Shown: positions 14,917 to 23,131 of the stretch, in pieces
Position numbering within the stretch: position 1 is the stretch's first letter
Layout: every line of letters starts with the position of its first letter
NCBI GenBank assembly: GCA_041654095.1
Contig: JBAZED010000006.1
Location: forward strand, 40,935-64,934
Direction: 5' to 3'
Length of the DNA stretch: 24,000 nt
DNA from: Bacilli bacterium
Lineage (GTDB): Bacteria; Bacillota_I; Bacilli_A; RFN20; CAG-826
Position numbers and translations under genes: made by a program
Notes under the pieces: model-generated
Told to the model about the DNA's origin: nothing
Database searches by the model: none
The model's input: the letters and a program-made list of their open reading frames with translations, nothing else

Positions 14917-17711
14917 AGTTAAATTCGATTACTAAACAATACGGAAATAGGAAAGCGCTCGATGACTTTACCTGTCACTTTCCAAAGTGCGGTTTGATCG
15001 CGGTCGTCGGGCCTTCCGGGTGTGGGAAGACAACGCTGCTAAACATCATGGCGGGACTCGATCAAAATTACGATGGGGAAGTCATGTTTCGACAGATATC
15101 GTTAAAGGAATTAAGCGGGGACGACTTAAGTTTTTACCGCCTATATAACATCGGTTATGTCTTTCAAGATTTTCGCCTCTTTGATGTCGATACCGTCGCG
15201 GATAATCTTCTGATTCCACTCGACATGGTCAGCCGAGACGAGCCAGCGAGCAAACAGCGGTACATCGACTTCATACTGGACTTGGTTTCGATGAGGACCA
15301 AGAGAGACGTTAAAATTAATCTTCTGTCCGGCGGCGAAAAGCAAAGAGTTGCGATAGCGCGCGCTCTTATGAATAATCCGAGCGTTTTACTCTGCGATGA
15401 GCCGACGGGAGCGCTGGATGAAAATAACGCGGCCGCGGTTATGGAAATCCTCAAGGGCATTTCGAAGCAGAAACTGGTTGTTGTCGTCACTCACGATGAG
15501 GCGCTCATCAAGAAATACTGCACGGAAATAATAAGGCTTAAAGATGGTCGCATCATCGAAGCAAAAAAGTTTCAGCACAACAATGATTCTTCAAGAAGAG
15601 TAATCAGCAAAATAATGATTGATGAAGGACATCGGCGGATGCCGTTAAAGACGATGTTTCGGCGCGCATTTTCGATTATTAAGACAAAGAAGCATCGATT
15701 AATTCTGAATAACGCGATGATGTCGTTAGGTTTACTCGGCGTCGGGCTTAGCATCATCATGTCCTTTTCCATCTCCGACCGCATCGTCGCAGGTTTTTCG
15801 AAAGTAATAAGCGACGATATGATTGTCATGTCGAATAAAAAAGAAGCCTCGGCAATCATGAGCGCTTATAGCGCGGGCTACGATAATGTCGTAAAAATAC
15901 GCGAAGCTTATGAGGACTACATTAAAGACATAGGTGTCTCTTACGCGGTCAATTTTGAATCGTTTTTTCAAGACCGCGATGAACTGTTCATCTCCTCGAC
16001 GGCGCACAAGATTGTATTACCTCGTTTTACGACTCGGCAGATCAATGATTTTTATTGGCTCGACGATGAAGTGAAAAGCCGCGTCGTCTACCCCCAGCGA
16101 ATGACCAGTCTTGCTGATGACGAAATAGTCATCGGCCTTCCTTACAACGATATGGTCGGGTTGTGTTATGCCCTGAGAATTGAACGAGATTACGAATCGC
16201 TTGGCGACTATCTTCAAAATACGAAAACTCTCGTTACTTTAGGTATCGCTAATCAAGAGTGGCAGTATGAAGATGAGCAACTTTTTTCTCTATCTGGCAT
16301 CATCGAAACGGAAGCGTCAGCTCTTTTTCATACCAATCATCTTTGGAGCGAATACGTTTTTGAAGATAAAATGCGCCTTCCGAGCATCGATGGTGGGCCC
16401 TACGAATTACCTTGGCAAATGGCCAAAACATATTTTCTGAGAACGCGATTGAATCCAGAACTCTTTCTTGAAAAGGTGATGTTTGACAAAAACTTAACCG
16501 ACTATGTCTTTGAAATGGCGGGATTTGTTCATCACCCGACGCATTGTCCGATAAGCGGTCCGTGTTTACTTGATCGCCTACTCGTGTATCACGCCGATAA
16601 GGAGACCATCGATTTAAGCAGACTTGCCTCGATATTAAAAAGCGAGCGCAAGCTTCAGAATTATATCTATGCTTCAGATAGTGGCTATTACTATCATCCC
16701 CATTCATTTCTGGCTGGCTTTGCCAAGAATGTCTTAATCTCGTTGAGCAAGGCGCAAATCGAAACGGCGATTGACGCCGATAGCTTGTTGCAGAACAATT
16801 CCGAAAACGCCTTTCTCGATCCGCCTCCCGGAGTCGTCCAAGGAAGCATTCACACAAGCTTGACTGGCGGCTTGGGTTTTTCGAGCGACTTGGACGATCT
16901 TATCTACGGAATTAAACCGCAGAACCTCAATCAAATAGCTGTTACAGAAGGCTTGGCAAATCACTTGTCAACACCCCTGGAAATAATGGGCAAAACACTG
17001 CATATCGCCGTGAATTACAGCGACATTCGCTACGACAATGAGCGGATTGAAAAACAATATGCATTAATCGAAGTGGAAATCGTGGGAATTGTTCGCGGCA
17101 GTCAAATCGCCATGCACCACAACCCGTATTGGAGCGTCGGTTTTTTTCAAATAAAAGCTGGAGTAAGCGCCTTTGAACTCATCCCTAAACACGTCATTTT
17201 CAAGATCCGAAACACCGATTCTCGCGGCGCCTTTATCGAGCACCTGACGAGCGAGTACGACGATTTCGCGTTTTATAACCCAATGGCATCGATCAGCGCT
17301 GGGCTCGACGAGACGATGAGTTTTGTAAAAACGGTGCTAGTCTCCCTTTCATTTCTCTCCGTCACTTCATCGCTCTTTCTCTTCTTCCTCGTCATGTTCG
17401 TGACGATCGAAGAAAATCGCAAAGACATCATTTTAATGGACTATTTGGGTATTCCAAAAAGCGAAATTCGAAAGTCATTTATCGTTTGCGGGTTGATGAT
17501 CACATCGTTAGCTTTTTTATTGGCCAGCGCGGAAACGGTGGCGGTCGATTTCCTTATAACACATGTTATCGGCGGTTACATCGGCACAAACATACCTTAC
17601 ATTTTTGATCCAAAACCTTTGCTTGCCATTCTTTCTATTGCGATTATTATCGCCTATCTAGCAACGAGAGCGGCTTTTGAAAAGCAATATAAATTTGTTA
17701 AAAAAAGATAG
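14913..17711 (+). CDS. Fused ABC ATPase / FtsX-MacB-type permease with a ~520-aa extracytoplasmic domain
   Basis: 932 aa with a TTG start overlapping the upstream TGA (TTGA). The N-terminal NBD is intact (GPSGCGKTT, VFQDFRL, LSGGEKQRVAIARA, LLCDEPTGALD, VTHD). TM1 spans about residues 264-285, a large hydrophilic domain spans about 286-806, and three C-terminal TMs follow with the FtsX signature ENRKDIILMDYLGIPKSEI. Confidence 0.88.
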   Translation: MKLNSITKQYGNRKALDDFTCHFPKCGLIAVVGPSGCGKTTLLNIMAGLDQNYDGEVMFRQISLKELSGDDLSFYRLYNIGYVFQDFRLFDVDTVADNLLIPLDMVSRDEPASKQRYIDFILDLVSMRTKRDVKINLLSGGEKQRVAIARALMNNPSVLLCDEPTGALDENNAAAVMEILKGISKQKLVVVVTHDEALIKKYCTEIIRLKDGRIIEAKKFQHNNDSSRRVISKIMIDEGHRRMPLKTMFRRAFSIIKTKKHRLILNNAMMSLGLLGVGLSIIMSFSISDRIVAGFSKVISDDMIVMSNKKEASAIMSAYSAGYDNVVKIREAYEDYIKDIGVSYAVNFESFFQDRDELFISSTAHKIVLPRFTTRQINDFYWLDDEVKSRVVYPQRMTSLADDEIVIGLPYNDMVGLCYALRIERDYESLGDYLQNTKTLVTLGIANQEWQYEDEQLFSLSGIIETEASALFHTNHLWSEYVFEDKMRLPSIDGGPYELPWQMAKTYFLRTRLNPELFLEKVMFDKNLTDYVFEMAGFVHHPTHCPISGPCLLDRLLVYHADKETIDLSRLASILKSERKLQNYIYASDSGYYYHPHSFLAGFAKNVLISLSKAQIETAIDADSLLQNNSENAFLDPPPGVVQGSIHTSLTGGLGFSSDLDDLIYGIKPQNLNQIAVTEGLANHLSTPLEIMGKTLHIAVNYSDIRYDNERIEKQYALIEVEIVGIVRGSQIAMHHNPYWSVGFFQIKAGVSAFELIPKHVIFKIRNTDSRGAFIEHLTSEYDDFAFYNPMASISAGLDETMSFVKTVLVSLSFLSVTSSLFLFFLVMFVTIEENRKDIILMDYLGIPKSEIRKSFIVCGLMITSLAFLLASAETVAVDFLITHVIGGYIGTNIPYIFDPKPLLAILSIAIIIAYLATRAAFEKQYKFVKKR

Positions 17712-17790
17712 ATAAATTACGATAGCAATGTTATTATATCTCGGTGAGTTATATGACTCGCAAACACTCTAGAAGAAAGGTTAGGATTTC

Positions 17791-17988
17791 ATGAAGGGAA
17801 CAGTCAAAATGTTCAATAAGGAAAAAGGTTACGGCTTCATTCATACCGAAGACAACACCGATGTCTTTTTCCATTATTCATCCTTAGTCATGGACGACTA
17901 CAAGACCGCCGAAGTTGGCGAACAAGTAGAATTCGATGTTGAGGAATCTGCTCGTGGCTTAAGAGCTGCGAACATCAAGAAGATTTAA
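17791..17988 (+). CDS. Cold-shock protein (CspA family)
   Basis: 65 aa with RNP1 KGYGFI and RNP2 VFFHY. The overall pattern is M.GTVK.FN.EKGYGFI. A possible extended -10 box, TGtTATTAT, lies at 17729-17737. Confidence 0.93.
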   Translation: MKGTVKMFNKEKGYGFIHTEDNTDVFFHYSSLVMDDYKTAEVGEQVEFDVEESARGLRAANIKKI

Positions 17989-18014
17989 GCTACACATTAA
18001 GTCATTGAACATGT

Positions 18015-18043
18015 AAGCCCTAATTTATTAGGGCTTTTTCTTT
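18015..18043 (+). terminator. Rho-independent terminator downstream of the csp gene
   Basis: A perfect 9-bp stem (AAGCCCTAA at 18015-18023 paired with TTAGGGCTT at 18028-18036) with loop TTTA, followed by TTTCTTT. Confidence 0.8.
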
Positions 18044-18049
18044 GCTATC

Positions 18050-18078
18050 TTACTATCTCGACATCGTTGTTATATAAT
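18050..18078 (+). promoter_or_regulatory. Candidate promoter for ychF (TTACTA-N17-TATAAT, with an overlapping TGtTATATA extended -10)
   Basis: A perfect TATAAT lies at 18073-18078, 35 nt upstream of the ychF ATG and just after the csp terminator. The -35 match is weak (3/6). Confidence 0.4.
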
Positions 18079-18112
18079 AACAATGCTTAACAGTAAACGA
18101 GGGAGAGTTTCA

Positions 18113-19219
18113 ATGCCATTAAAAGCCGGAATTGTCGGTCTGCCGAATGTCGGGAAGTCTACCCTTTTTAACGCTATCACCAATTCGCAGGTCGAAGCAG
18201 CTAATTATCCTTTCGCGACAATCAATCCCAATACCGGGGTTGTCGCCGTTCCCGATGATCGCCTCGCTTTTCTCTCGGATTTGTTTAAGCCGCTAAAAAC
18301 AATTCAAGCGACCTTTGAATTTTATGATATTGCCGGTTTGGTCAAAGGCGCCTCCAAAGGAGAAGGGCTGGGCAACCAATTTTTGGCGCACATCCGCGAA
18401 TGCGACGCGATCGTCCAGGTCGTGCGCTGTTTTGAATCGGCGGAAATCATCCATGTCGAAAGCACGATCGACCCCCGCCGCGATATCGAGACCATCAATT
18501 ACGAATTGGCGCTCGCCGACTTGGAGACCGTCGAAAAGCGGATTGCCAAGGTCGAGAATAAAGCCCGGCTCGCCAAAGATAAAGAATTGGTGCAAGAAAT
18601 GAGCGTCCTTTCCATTATCCGCGATTGCTTAAACAAAGGAATATCGGCGCGCAACGCTCCTCTGACCGGCGAGCAAATTGCGTATGCTCATAAAAATTTT
18701 CATCTCCTGACCCTTAAGCCGATGATCTACGTCGCCAATGTCGGGGAGGAAGATTATGCCGATCTAAATAGTGCGAAATACTATCAGCAAGTTATGCAGG
18801 TCGCGGGCGAAGAAAAAGCCCAAGTCATTCCCATTTCCTGCGAGATTGAATATCAATTATCGCTCCTTTCAAAAGAAGATAGGCAGGAGTTTCTCAGTTC
18901 GATGGGCGCGAGCGAATCGGGCCTTGATAAAGTTGTCAGAGCAACATATTACCTTCTTGACTTAGCGACGTTTTTCACCGTCGGAGCCGACGAATGCCGG
19001 GCTTGGACATTTAAAAACGGCATGACGGCCTCGCAATGCGCCGGCATCATCCACACCGATTTTCAAAAGGGCTTTATTAAAGCCGAAGTATACAGTTATG
19101 AAATAATTCATGATCTCAAAAGCGAAATGGCCGTTAAAGAAGTTGGTAAATTGCGAATTGAGGGACGAGATTATGCCGTCGAAGACGGCGACATCATGTT
19201 TTTCCGTTTTAATGTGTAA
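18113..19219 (+). CDS. ychF: Ribosome-binding ATPase YchF (Obg-family GTPase)
   Basis: 368 aa from ATG 18113 ([17 protein letters not shown]...), preceded by SD GAGGGAG. The G1 motif is GLPNVGKST and G3 is DIAGLV.GAS.GEGLGN.FL. The C-terminal TGS region is IHTDF.KGFI.AEV. The track start at 18083 is rejected. Confidence 0.95.
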   Translation: MPLKAGIVGLPNVGKSTLFNAITNSQVEAANYPFATINPNTGVVAVPDDRLAFLSDLFKPLKTIQATFEFYDIAGLVKGASKGEGLGNQFLAHIRECDAIVQVVRCFESAEIIHVESTIDPRRDIETINYELALADLETVEKRIAKVENKARLAKDKELVQEMSVLSIIRDCLNKGISARNAPLTGEQIAYAHKNFHLLTLKPMIYVANVGEEDYADLNSAKYYQQVMQVAGEEKAQVIPISCEIEYQLSLLSKEDRQEFLSSMGASESGLDKVVRATYYLLDLATFFTVGADECRAWTFKNGMTASQCAGIIHTDFQKGFIKAEVYSYEIIHDLKSEMAVKEVGKLRIEGRDYAVEDGDIMFFRFNV

Positions 19220-19231
19220 GAAGGAGAATTT

Positions 19232-19708
19232 ATGGATCGGATCGGATATGGAGAAGACATTCATCAGCTCGTCAAGGGGCGAAAACTCGTCCTCGGCGGA
19301 ATTGAAATACCCTTTGACAAAGGGTTGCTCGGGCATAGCGACGCCGATGTTGTTTGCCACGCTTTGGCCGATGCCTTATTGGGCGCTTTGGCGCTCGGCG
19401 ATATCGGACAGCACTTCCCAGATAATGATCCCCAGTACAAAAACGCCGATAGCACTTTGCTCCTCGCCGATGTCTACCAGTTAATTCTCGCCAACGGCTA
19501 TGAGATCAACAATATCGATTTGTCGATATCTTTGGAGCGACCCCATATCGCCACCTATCTATTAGCGATGCGCAAAAAACTTTGTTCTCTTCTCTCAATC
19601 GCTCTCGACGTAATGTCGATCAAGGCGATGACAAACGAAGGACTTGATGCGGTCGGTCGCGGCGAAGCCTGCCGCGCCACAGCCATCGTCTTATTAAGAG
19701 AAAAATAA
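19232..19708 (+). CDS. ispF: 2-C-methyl-D-erythritol 2,4-cyclodiphosphate synthase
   Basis: 158 aa with RIGYGEDIH (Asp/His zinc ligands), GLLGHSDADV..HA..DALLGA...GDIG..FP and a matching remainder. Strong SD AAGGAG is at 19221-19226. Confidence 0.93.
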   Translation: MDRIGYGEDIHQLVKGRKLVLGGIEIPFDKGLLGHSDADVVCHALADALLGALALGDIGQHFPDNDPQYKNADSTLLLADVYQLILANGYEINNIDLSISLERPHIATYLLAMRKKLCSLLSIALDVMSIKAMTNEGLDAVGRGEACRATAIVLLREK

Positions 19709-19709
19709 A

Positions 19710-21038
19710 ATGACAGCCCGCATTTGCTTTAGCACAAGAGAAGGAGCTCATCTCGGTCTTAATGAAACGAGACTCGCCTTCATTTCGTATTTGCTGGCCA
19801 AAAAATTACGAGGCACTTTCATCTATCGACTCGGCGATGCCCATCAAAAAGAACTGGAAGAAAGTCGGAAAAGACTCTCGTCACTCGAAGATTTGCAGTG
19901 GCTGAACCTCAGCCCCGATGAATCGCCCCTTAATCCGCGGCCAAAATATGCGCCTTATGCGCAATGCGAGAGAATCGATATTTATCGCCGTTATATCGAA
20001 TCGCTTTTAGCGATGGGTGCGGCTTACGAACGAGCCAGTCCGAAAGAAAAGGGTTCTTCTCTCAACGGCGCGCGGCCCGCTATCTACTTGAAAATGACCG
20101 GCATCGAAGAGGGGGCGGTCAGCGATCTGCGACAGGGGCGAATCAGCAGCAACAAGCTCAATTTTAACGATTGGCTCATCGTTGATAGCAGCGGACAACC
20201 GAGCTACGATTTTGCCGCGATGATCGATGATCACCTGATGGATATCAGTCATCTTATCTTCGATGCAAATCAAGTTCCTAACTGGAATCGCTATGTGATT
20301 TTATACCGCTATTTCCACTGGCATCTTCCGCTTTTTTTATCTCTGCCACCTCTAAAAATAGAGCGCGAGGACACATCGTCGCACTTCGTTGAAGAACTGC
20401 ATGACAAAGGATATCTCTCCGAAGCCGTCTGCAACTATTTGTTTGCTCTCGATATCGAGGAAATATCATCTGATCATCCCAATAAAATCGAGGCGATGAT
20501 CGCTGATTTCGACGTGAAGAAAATTCACAATAATCATCGTCTGTTTGACATAAAAACCTTGCGCAGAATCAACTCTTTATTAATAAAGAAGACGACCGAC
20601 ACCGAATATGCGGCGTTTGTCCGACCCTTTATTCAGCGTTTTGTCAGCGAGAAGTACAACGATGATTATCTGCTCAGATTAGCCGTGCTCTTCAAACAGC
20701 AAATTACGCACGGTTTGGAACTGTGGGATTTCTTCACGCCCTTTTTAGAAGACGCCCCCAATCTTTCACCGAGCGAACTGCAGCTCTTGAATCTGAGCGC
20801 GTCCAAAACCGTTGTTGGCGAATTAGCCGATGCGATTGGCGAGTTCGATGGCGAAATCACCGATGTTGATTTGTTGCTCGACAATCTCCAACATCGCCTG
20901 CAAATTACCGGCAGAGATTTCTACTTGCCGGTTCGCCTCCTTTTGACGAGGATGAGCCATGGCGCGGAGTTGGGGGAGATCATCAGATTTCTCGGCAAAG
21001 ATGAAGTGCTCCTTCGCCTCCGCCAAGATAAAGATTGA
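19710..21038 (+). CDS. Glutamyl-tRNA synthetase-like protein with degenerate catalytic motifs (not called gltX)
   Basis: 442 aa, collinear by eye with GluRS (..APY.Q.ER...Y, PSYDFAAMIDDHLM, GYLSEAV.NYL, and the C-terminal LPVRLLLTRMSHGAELGEIIRFLGK). The HIGH-region, EDTD, RGEDH and KMSKS signatures are all substituted; see findings. The ORF is intact with a 1-nt gap after ispF. Confidence 0.8.
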   Translation: MTARICFSTREGAHLGLNETRLAFISYLLAKKLRGTFIYRLGDAHQKELEESRKRLSSLEDLQWLNLSPDESPLNPRPKYAPYAQCERIDIYRRYIESLLAMGAAYERASPKEKGSSLNGARPAIYLKMTGIEEGAVSDLRQGRISSNKLNFNDWLIVDSSGQPSYDFAAMIDDHLMDISHLIFDANQVPNWNRYVILYRYFHWHLPLFLSLPPLKIEREDTSSHFVEELHDKGYLSEAVCNYLFALDIEEISSDHPNKIEAMIADFDVKKIHNNHRLFDIKTLRRINSLLIKKTTDTEYAAFVRPFIQRFVSEKYNDDYLLRLAVLFKQQITHGLELWDFFTPFLEDAPNLSPSELQLLNLSASKTVVGELADAIGEFDGEITDVDLLLDNLQHRLQITGRDFYLPVRLLLTRMSHGAELGEIIRFLGKDEVLLRLRQDKD

Positions 21039-21062
21039 ATTATACTATTGTATAAGTATAAT
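21035..21062 (+). promoter_or_regulatory. Candidate sigma-A promoter for argS (TTGAAT-N16-TATAAT)
   Basis: TTGAAT at 21035-21040 overlaps the TGA of the upstream gene. A 16-nt spacer and a perfect TATAAT at 21057-21062 follow. ATG is at 21080. Confidence 0.45.
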
Positions 21063-21079
21063 ATTACCTTGACAAAGTT

Positions 21080-22702
21080 ATGGATATCGAAACCTTCCTC
21101 AAAAATAAAATCGTCGGTGCTCTGCAAAAAGTTGGTCTCGATGTTTTAGCGAGCGATGTCATCCTCGAACACCCCAAAGAAGAAACGCGCGGTGACTATG
21201 CGACAAGTGTCGCTTTGCAACATGCCAAAAAAATCGGTTTTAAGCCTCGTGACTTAGCCGAGCAAATCGTCGCGGTAATCGATCGTGACGGCATCAGCAA
21301 AATCGAAGTGGCAGGGCCTGGTTTTTTAAATATTTTTCTAAAATCGGAAGCGCTGCAATCGATCGTCGGAGATGTCATTGCGAAAAACGAGAACTATGGG
21401 CGCGGATCAAAAAAAGCGACCAAGGTCAACGTCGAGTTCGTCAGCGCCAACCCGACTGGCGATTTGCATCTTGGGCATGCGCGCTGCGCCGCGATCGGCG
21501 ACGCCATCTGCCGCCTATATGAGTTTGCCGGCTATGAAATCACTCGCGAATTCTACATCAACGACGCCGGCGCCCAAGTGAATAAGATGGGCGCGTCACT
21601 ACAAGCTCGCTACCTGAATGAGTGCGGGCTCAATGCCGAGGTACCGGCCGATGGTTACCACGGATTAGATCTCGTCGATCTCGCCAAGCAAGTCAAGGAT
21701 TTGTACGGTGACAAATTGATTGCTGATACCAAAGAAAACTTCCTCACTTTCATCAGCGAAGGAATTAGGTTGGAACTCGAAAAAATCAAGCGCGATCTAG
21801 CTCTGTTTCGCGTCCACTTCGATCTTTATAGTTACGAATCAGAAGTTCGAAAAGATGGTAAAGTCGAAAAGACTTTGGAAGAATATAAACCCTTCACCTA
21901 TCTCGATCAAGGTGCGACGTATTTGAAGACGACGGCCTTTCTCGACGATAAAGATCGCCCGGTCGTTAAGAGCGATGGCTCATATACATATTTGATGCCA
22001 GACATCACTTATCACCTGCAAAAATTGGGCCGCGGTTACGATTTGCTCGTCGACGTATTAGGCGCCGACCACCACGGGTACACGAATCGGATGCGCAGCG
22101 CGCTGATGATGAAGGGATATCCGGCGGAAATAATTGATTTTGAACTTGTTCAAGTCGTCCGCTTGATGAAGGGCGATGTCGAAGTCAAAATGTCGAAGCG
22201 CGGGGGAACGACCGTCACCCTTCGCGAGCTCGTTGAAGAAGTCGGAGTCGATGCCACGCGCTATTTCTTTGCGGCCCGCGCCGCGACGAGCCACCTCGAT
22301 TTCGATTATGATTTAGCCCTTGAACAAAGTTCGTCTAACCCGGTTTTCTATGCGCAATACGCTCACGCTCGCTTGTGCAAATTGCTCGAGACGGGGGCGG
22401 ATTTCGGAATTGACATCTCAGCTCGCAATCTTCGCGAGACGGCTGAGATTAACTTGCTCAAGCACCTTCAGGAGTTTCCAAATACGATCGAAGGCTGCGC
22501 CAAAACTCGCGAACCATATAAGGTTGCAGCGTACATTCAGAAGTTGGCGGCGCTTACGCACGCTTTTTACACTGAATGTCGTGTAATAGATCGCGATAAT
22601 GCCGAATTATCGCAATCGCGCCTCGCCTTGTGCAAGGCCAGTCAAATCGTCATGCGGAATGCGCTTAACGTCTTGGGAGTAAATGCTCCCGAACAAATGT
22701 AA
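21080..22702 (+). CDS. argS: Arginine--tRNA ligase
   Basis: 540 aa with the class I signature ANPTGDLHLGHAR (HIGH) and KMSKRGG (KMSKS equivalent). The C-terminal DALR anticodon-binding region reads YAHAR... Confidence 0.96.
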   Translation: MDIETFLKNKIVGALQKVGLDVLASDVILEHPKEETRGDYATSVALQHAKKIGFKPRDLAEQIVAVIDRDGISKIEVAGPGFLNIFLKSEALQSIVGDVIAKNENYGRGSKKATKVNVEFVSANPTGDLHLGHARCAAIGDAICRLYEFAGYEITREFYINDAGAQVNKMGASLQARYLNECGLNAEVPADGYHGLDLVDLAKQVKDLYGDKLIADTKENFLTFISEGIRLELEKIKRDLALFRVHFDLYSYESEVRKDGKVEKTLEEYKPFTYLDQGATYLKTTAFLDDKDRPVVKSDGSYTYLMPDITYHLQKLGRGYDLLVDVLGADHHGYTNRMRSALMMKGYPAEIIDFELVQVVRLMKGDVEVKMSKRGGTTVTLRELVEEVGVDATRYFFAARAATSHLDFDYDLALEQSSSNPVFYAQYAHARLCKLLETGADFGIDISARNLRETAEINLLKHLQEFPNTIEGCAKTREPYKVAAYIQKLAALTHAFYTECRVIDRDNAELSQSRLALCKASQIVMRNALNVLGVNAPEQM

Positions 22703-22715
22703 GAAGGAGAATTAC

Positions 22716-23108
22716 ATGTCAGAAAAATCGATGCTCGACCTCGCCTTTGAGGTTATCAATCAAACGAAAGAGTTGCCTATCAGCTTTCATGAACTTTGGG
22801 AGACGGTCTGTCAAAAAGCCGGCCTGAATAAAGAAGACACCCGCCGCCTCATCAGCCGTTTTTACACGAATTTGTCGATGGATGGGCGCTTTGTAGCTCT
22901 CCCCGATAATTTCTGGGACTTGCGCTCCAATCACACGTTTGACAAAGTGCACATCGACATGAACGATGTCTATACCGAAGTGGAGACGATCGAAGAGATC
23001 GATGAAGAGGAAATTGAATACCTCAAGATCGAAGACGAAGAAAAAGAAGACGCCGATGAAGAAGGCGATAGTGAAGAAACAAAAGAGGAAATCGAAGATT
23101 TGTATTAA
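22716..23108 (+). CDS. rpoE: DNA-directed RNA polymerase delta subunit
   Basis: 130 aa from ATG 22716, preceded by SD AAGGAG at 22703-22708. The N-terminal domain (ML.LA.EV......P..F.ELW..V....G......I..FYT.LS.DGRF) is followed by the strongly acidic Asp/Glu tail typical of delta. The track start at 22683 is rejected. Confidence 0.85.
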   Translation: MSEKSMLDLAFEVINQTKELPISFHELWETVCQKAGLNKEDTRRLISRFYTNLSMDGRFVALPDNFWDLRSNHTFDKVHIDMNDVYTEVETIEEIDEEEIEYLKIEDEEKEDADEEGDSEETKEEIEDLY

Positions 23109-23131
23109 AATCTAAGTGAGGAGAAATAGAT

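Noticed and set aside
16300-16857. A 185-aa ORF on the minus strand, antisense to the fused ABC gene.
   Set aside because: It lies entirely inside a strongly supported plus-strand CDS. Its translation is Arg/Ser/Cys-rich and low-complexity with no recognisable motif, RBS or promoter. This is typical of an antisense shadow ORF.
19214-19234. An identical 16-nt string, TGTAAGAAGGAGAATT, occurs at the ychF/ispF junction (19214-19229) and again at the argS/rpoE junction (22698-22713). This could be a repeated element.
   Set aside because: The string is just stop codon TAA plus a consensus SD (AAGGAG) plus an AT spacer. Functional constraint on both parts makes a 16-nt coincidence unsurprising, and there is no extended similarity on either side.
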